Source: Vicinamibacterales bacterium (GTDB lineage Bacteria > Acidobacteriota > Vicinamibacteria > Vicinamibacterales > UBA2999). From it: a stretch of 64,000 nucleotides of DNA. The notes beneath the pieces are model-generated. The model saw nothing but the letters and a program-made list of their open reading frames with translations. It was not told the DNA's origin and ran no database searches. Positions 59,474-64,000 of this stretch are shown piece after piece (the stretch's first letter is position 1; the number at the start of each line of letters is the position of its first letter). Location: contig JBFWVR010000008.1 in NCBI GenBank assembly GCA_050246635.1, positions 169,217 through 233,216 of the forward strand. The letters run 5' to 3'. The position numbers and the translations under genes were made by a program.

Positions 59474-61368
59474 CACGCCGACGGCGACGGCGGAGTCGGC
59501 TCCTGGCGGTCGTGCTCCGCCGACAGTCCGAGGATCCGGCGGAGCTCGTCGCCCTCCATCACCTCGGTCTCGAGCAGCCGCCGCGTGACCTTCTCGAGCA
59601 GCTCGCGCCGATCGCGGAGCACATGCCGCGCCGTGTCGTGCGCGGTCTGCACGATCGCGGCGACCTCCTCGTCGATCACCCGCGCCGTCTCCTCGCTGTA
59701 GGGGCCGCGTTCGCTCGGCATGCCGAGGTCCAGGAACCGCCCGCGGCGGGGCTGGTCGAAGTTGATCGCGCCGAGCTTCTCGCTCATGCCCCACTCGGTC
59801 ACCATCGCGCGCGCGATGTCGGTGACCCGCTGGAGGTCGTTCTGCGCGCCGGTCGAGATCTCGCCCAGGGCAATCTCCTCGGCCGATCGCCCGCCGAGCA
59901 GCACCGCGAGCTGGTTCCGCAGATCCGCCCGCTGCATCAGGTAGCGGTCCTCGAGCGGGAGCTGCATCGTGTACCCCAGCGCGCCGAAGCCACGCTGCAC
60001 GATCGAGATCTTGTGCACGGGGTCCATCCCCGTCAACGAGCTGGCGACGATGGCGTGCCCGGACTCGTGGTACGCGACGATCTCGCGCTCCTTCGCGTTC
60101 ATCACGCGCTTCTTCTCGAGCCCGGCAATCAGCCGGTCGATCCCCTCGTCGAAGTCGCGCATCTCGACGGACGTCTTGTCGTGGCGCGCGGCCAGCAGCG
60201 CCGCCTCGTTGACCAGGTTGGCGAGGTCCGCGCCGGCGAAGCCGGCCGTCCGGGCCGCGACCTTGCGCAGGTCCACGTCGGGCGACAGCTTGACCGCCTT
60301 GACGTGGATGCGCAGCACTTCCTCGCGCCCGTTGATGTCGGGCTTGTCCACGAGCACCTGGCGGTCGAAGCGCCCGGGGCGGAGCAGCGCCGGGTCGAGC
60401 ACCTCGGGCCGGTTGGTCGCCGCCATGATGATGATGGCCTTGCGGGCGTCGAAGCCGTCCATCTCGGAGAGGAGCTGGTTCAGGGTCTGCTCGCGTTCCT
60501 CGTGGCTGCCCATCGGGCTCTGCACCCGCACCTTGCCCAGGGCATCGAGCTCGTCGATGAACACGATGCAGGGCGCCTTGGCCTCGGCCTGCGAGAAGAG
60601 GTCGCGCACGCGCGCGGCGCCCACGCCGACGAACATCTCGACGAACTCGGAGCCGCTCAGGCTGAAGAAGGGCACCTTCGCCTCACCGGCCACCGCGCGG
60701 GCGAGCAGCGTCTTGCCCGTGCCGGGCGGCCCGACGAGCAGCACGCCCTTCGGGATGCGGCCGCCCAGCGTCGTGTACTTCCGCGGGTTCTTCAGGAACT
60801 CGACGATCTCCCGCAGCTCCTCCTCGGCCTCGTCCACGCCCGCCACGTCCGCGAAGCTGACCTTCACGTCGTCCTCGGCGTAGATCTTGGCCTTGCTGCG
60901 CGCGAAGGACATGACGCCGCCCTCCGCGCCGCCGATGCGGCGCGAGAGGAAGGTCCACAGGCCGACGATGAAGATGAGCGGCAGGACCCAGCTCAGGACC
61001 TCGGGCAGCCAGCGGCTGACGACCTCGCCCCGATACTGCACGTTGTTGGCGTCCAGGTCCTCGACGAGCTTCGGGTCGTCGATCCGGGTGGTCGTGAACG
61101 CGGTCGCGCCGTCGTCGGCCTTCTTGAGCTGTCCCGTGATGGTCGTGTCGCCGACGGTGACCTCGGCGACCTGCCCGGTCCGCACGAGGTTCTTGAACTC
61201 GCTGTACGGAATCTGCTGGCCGCCGGGCGTCAGCATGTACGCCTGGAGGATCGCCAGCACGAAGAGGGCCCCCATCACCCAGATGAGGGCGGTGGGGCGC
61301 TGGGGCGTGGGTGTCCGGCGGTCCCCCTTGCGGGGGGAACCGCCGGGTGAAGCGGTCGGGCTAGGCAA
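59473..61368 (-). CDS. ftsH: ATP-dependent zinc metalloprotease FtsH
   Basis: Walker [15 protein letters not shown], the zinc motif HESGHAIV and an N-terminal TM segment. The track start is TTG 61368, which overlaps the clpB stop. The ATG at 61275 is an alternative, so the start is uncertain. Confidence 0.93.
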   Translation of the reverse strand: MPSPTASPGGSPRKGDRRTPTPQRPTALIWVMGALFVLAILQAYMLTPGGQQIPYSEFKNLVRTGQVAEVTVGDTTITGQLKKADDGATAFTTTRIDDPKLVEDLDANNVQYRGEVVSRWLPEVLSWVLPLIFIVGLWTFLSRRIGGAEGGVMSFARSKAKIYAEDDVKVSFADVAGVDEAEEELREIVEFLKNPRKYTTLGGRIPKGVLLVGPPGTGKTLLARAVAGEAKVPFFSLSGSEFVEMFVGVGAARVRDLFSQAEAKAPCIVFIDELDALGKVRVQSPMGSHEEREQTLNQLLSEMDGFDARKAIIIMAATNRPEVLDPALLRPGRFDRQVLVDKPDINGREEVLRIHVKAVKLSPDVDLRKVAARTAGFAGADLANLVNEAALLAARHDKTSVEMRDFDEGIDRLIAGLEKKRVMNAKEREIVAYHESGHAIVASSLTGMDPVHKISIVQRGFGALGYTMQLPLEDRYLMQRADLRNQLAVLLGGRSAEEIALGEISTGAQNDLQRVTDIARAMVTEWGMSEKLGAINFDQPRRGRFLDLGMPSERGPYSEETARVIDEEVAAIVQTAHDTARHVLRDRRELLEKVTRRLLETEVMEGDELRRILGLSAEHDRQEPTPPSPSA

Positions 61369-63985
61369 CGGGAACCTCGTCCTTCGCGAATGTCAGGGCG
61401 CCGGCGCCGGCGTCCACGACGACGCGGTCGCCTTCGCCGAACTCGCCCTCGAGCACCTTCAGGGCGAGCGGGTCGAGGATATGGCGCTGGATGGCGCGCT
61501 TCAACGGACGCGCGCCATACGTCGCATCATACCCCTGCTCGGCAAGCCAGCCCTTGGCCGCCTCGGTGAGTCGCACCGCGATCTTGCGGTCGCTCAGCCG
61601 CCGGACGAGGCCCTGGAGCTGGATGTCGATGATGTGCTTCAGGTGCTCGCGCCCGAGCGCGTGGAAGAAGATCACCTCGTCCACCCGGTTCAGGAACTCG
61701 GGCCGGAAGTGCTGCCGCAGCGCCTCGGTCACCTGCCGCCGCACGTTCTCGTCCATCGTCTCGACGCCGCCGGGGCCGTTCAGCGAGGCCTCGGCGATGT
61801 ACTGGCTGCCCAGGTTGGACGTCATGATGACCACGGTGTTCTTGAAGTCCACCGTGCGGCCCTTGCCGTCGGTGAGCCGGCCGTCGTCCAGCATCTGGAG
61901 CATGACGTTCAGCACCTCGGGGTGCGCCTTCTCGATCTCGTCGAAGAGGACGACGGAGTAGGGACGCCGGCGCACCGCCTCGGTGAGCTGGCCGGCCTCC
62001 TCGTAGCCCACGTATCCGGGCGGCGCGCCGATCATCCGGGAGACGGTGTGCTTCTCCTGGTACTCCGACATGTCGATCCGGATCATCGCCTGCTCGTCGT
62101 CGAACAGGAACTCGGCGAGGGCGCGCGCGAGCTCGGTCTTGCCGACGCCCGTGGGGCCCAGGAAGATGAAGCTCCCGAGCGGCCGGTTCGGGTCCTGGAG
62201 CCCGGCGCGCGCGCGGCGGATGGCGTTGGCGACCGCGGCAATCGCCTCGTCCTGGCCGACCACCCGCTGGTGCAGCCGATCCTCCATGTGGAGCAGCTTC
62301 TGGATCTCGCCCTCCATCAGGCGGCTCACCGGGATGCCCGTCCACTTGGCGACGACCTCGGCGATGTCCTCCTCGTCGACGTCGAGCTTCAGCATCCGGG
62401 GAGGCCCATCGCCCTCGGCGTCACCAGCCGCCTCCTGCGAGGCGATGCGCTTCTCGAGCTCCGGCAGACGGGCGTACTTCAGCTCCGACGCGCGGGCATA
62501 GTCGCCCTGGCGCTCCGCCTCCTCGAGCGCATGGCGCGCGTCCTCGAGCTGCTGCTTGAGATCCGCCGTGCCGTGGATGGCGTCCTTCTCGCGCTGCCAC
62601 TGTGCCTGGAGGCCCGCCTGGCTCTCCTTGAGGTCGGCCAGCTCCTTCTCGAGCTTTGCGAGCCGCTCCTGCGAGGGCTTGTCGGTCTCCTTGCGCAGCG
62701 CCTCGCGCTCGATCTCGAGCTGCATCACGCGGCGGCGCACCTCGTCCAGCTCCGCCGGCATCGAGTCGATCTCCATGCGCAGGCGCGACGCCGCCTCGTC
62801 GATCAGGTCGATGGCCTTGTCGGGCAGGAACCGGTCGGTGATGTAGCGGTGGGAGAGCACCGCCGCCGCCACGAGCGCCGCGTCCTTGAACTTGACGTTG
62901 TGGTGGATCTCGTACCGCTCGCGCAGGCCCCGCAGGATGCTGATCGTGTCCTCGACGGTCGGCTCGCCGACCAGCACGGGCTGGAAGCGCCGCTCGAGGG
63001 CGGCGTCCTTCTCGATGTACTTGCGGTACTCGTCCAGCGTGGTCGCGCCGATCGTGTGGAGCTCGCCGCGGGCCAGCATCGGCTTCAGCATCTGGGACGC
63101 GTCCATCGCGCCCTCGGCCGCGCCGGCCCCGACCACGGTGTGGAGCTCGTCGATGAAGAGCACGATACGGCCCTCGCCGTCCGTGATCTCCTTCAGCACG
63201 GCCTTCAGGCGCTCCTCGAACTCACCCCGGTACTTCGCGCCGGCCACCAGTGCGCCCATGTCGAGCGCGATGATGCGCTTGTTCTTCAGCCCCTCGGGCA
63301 CGTCGCCCCGGACGATGCGCTGGGCGAGGCCCTCGACGATGGCCGTCTTGCCCACACCGGGCTCGCCGATGAGCACCGGGTTGTTCTTGGTGCGCCGCGA
63401 CAGGACCTGGATCACCCGGCGGACCTCCTCGTCGCGCCCGATGACCGGATCCAGCTTGCCCTTCTTCGCGAGCTCCGTGAGGTCGCGCCCGTACTTCTCG
63501 AGCGCCTGGTACTTGCCTTCGGGGTTCTGGTCGGTGACGCGCTGGCTGCCACGGATTGCGGTCAGGCCCGCGAGCACCTGCTCGCGGGTGACGCCGCGCG
63601 CCTCGAGCATCTCCTTGGCCGCCGACCGGCCCGGCTCGGCCAGCAGCCCGATCAGCAGGTGCTCGGTCGAGACGTACTCATCCTGCATCGCCTTGGCGTC
63701 GGCCTGCGCCGCGTCGAAGACGACGCGGAGGCGCGGCGAGAAGCCAGGCTCCGCGCCGCCGTGCGCCTGGGGCTGCTTCGCCAGGTGCTCCCGCAGCGCA
63801 CGGCCGAGGTCGGCGGGGTCGGTGTTCAGCTTCCGCAACAGCGCGGGGACCACGCCGTCGGCCTGCTCGACGAGCGCGAGGAGCAGGTGCTCGGGCTCCA
63901 CCTGGGCGTGGTGCAGCTCGCTCGCCAGCTGGGGCGAGGCAAGGATGGCCTCCTGGGCCTTCTCGGTGAACTTGTTGAGATTCAT
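61361..63985 (-). CDS. clpB: ATP-dependent chaperone ClpB
   Basis: 874 aa. Clp_N repeats, two AAA+ modules ([15 protein letters not shown] and [15 protein letters not shown]) and a long coiled-coil M-domain between them, as in ClpB rather than ClpA or ClpC. Confidence 0.95.
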   Translation of the reverse strand: MNLNKFTEKAQEAILASPQLASELHHAQVEPEHLLLALVEQADGVVPALLRKLNTDPADLGRALREHLAKQPQAHGGAEPGFSPRLRVVFDAAQADAKAMQDEYVSTEHLLIGLLAEPGRSAAKEMLEARGVTREQVLAGLTAIRGSQRVTDQNPEGKYQALEKYGRDLTELAKKGKLDPVIGRDEEVRRVIQVLSRRTKNNPVLIGEPGVGKTAIVEGLAQRIVRGDVPEGLKNKRIIALDMGALVAGAKYRGEFEERLKAVLKEITDGEGRIVLFIDELHTVVGAGAAEGAMDASQMLKPMLARGELHTIGATTLDEYRKYIEKDAALERRFQPVLVGEPTVEDTISILRGLRERYEIHHNVKFKDAALVAAAVLSHRYITDRFLPDKAIDLIDEAASRLRMEIDSMPAELDEVRRRVMQLEIEREALRKETDKPSQERLAKLEKELADLKESQAGLQAQWQREKDAIHGTADLKQQLEDARHALEEAERQGDYARASELKYARLPELEKRIASQEAAGDAEGDGPPRMLKLDVDEEDIAEVVAKWTGIPVSRLMEGEIQKLLHMEDRLHQRVVGQDEAIAAVANAIRRARAGLQDPNRPLGSFIFLGPTGVGKTELARALAEFLFDDEQAMIRIDMSEYQEKHTVSRMIGAPPGYVGYEEAGQLTEAVRRRPYSVVLFDEIEKAHPEVLNVMLQMLDDGRLTDGKGRTVDFKNTVVIMTSNLGSQYIAEASLNGPGGVETMDENVRRQVTEALRQHFRPEFLNRVDEVIFFHALGREHLKHIIDIQLQGLVRRLSDRKIAVRLTEAAKGWLAEQGYDATYGARPLKRAIQRHILDPLALKVLEGEFGEGDRVVVDAGAGALTFAKDEVPVA

Positions 63986-64000
63986 GGTCTGGCTGCCTTC

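Noticed and set aside
61361-61368. 8-nt overlap between the clpB stop and the ftsH TTG start, as evidence of translational coupling.
   Set aside because: The ftsH start is uncertain (TTG 61368 versus ATG 61275), so the overlap may simply reflect the longest-ORF convention.

Overview
The window is about 70% GC, densely coding bacterial chromosome. I see no rRNA, tRNA, CRISPR array, transposase or integrase. A PadR regulator next to a duplicated FtsX/MacB-type (ADOP-like) permease, plus many secreted TPR and beta-propeller proteins, suggests Acidobacteriota; this is inference only. Most of the content is housekeeping. It includes def-aroC and an 11-gene aromatic amino-acid supraoperon (fused aroD-aroE, trpEGDCFBA, chorismate mutase, DAHP synthase, tyrA). 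It also includes a CoA-transferase/thiolase/AtoE-type cluster, pepA, an amidase, ftsK, rnj, rsmA, nth, lexA, recG, rsmD-coaD, rho, ftsH and clpB, and two ECF sigma/anti-sigma pairs. I found no obvious defence or secondary-metabolite system. The most interesting signals are non-coding or below the ORF-track size cutoff. (1) A 42-codon leader ORF with a YGYWWW run, followed by mutually exclusive antiterminator and terminator hairpins, sits directly upstream of the aromatic supraoperon. (2) A small family of low-GC intergenic elements (heptamer arrays plus long hairpins) lies immediately after stop codons at 52.4, 56.2 and 59.4 kb. (3) A 7 x 13-nt tandem array followed by an intrinsic terminator lies at 29.8 kb. 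(4) At 13 genes, a TAnnnT -10-like hexamer sits 6-8 nt upstream of the start codon, implying widespread leaderless transcription; this also helped refine start codons. Many long ORFs in the track are alternative-frame artefacts of the high GC content and were discarded.
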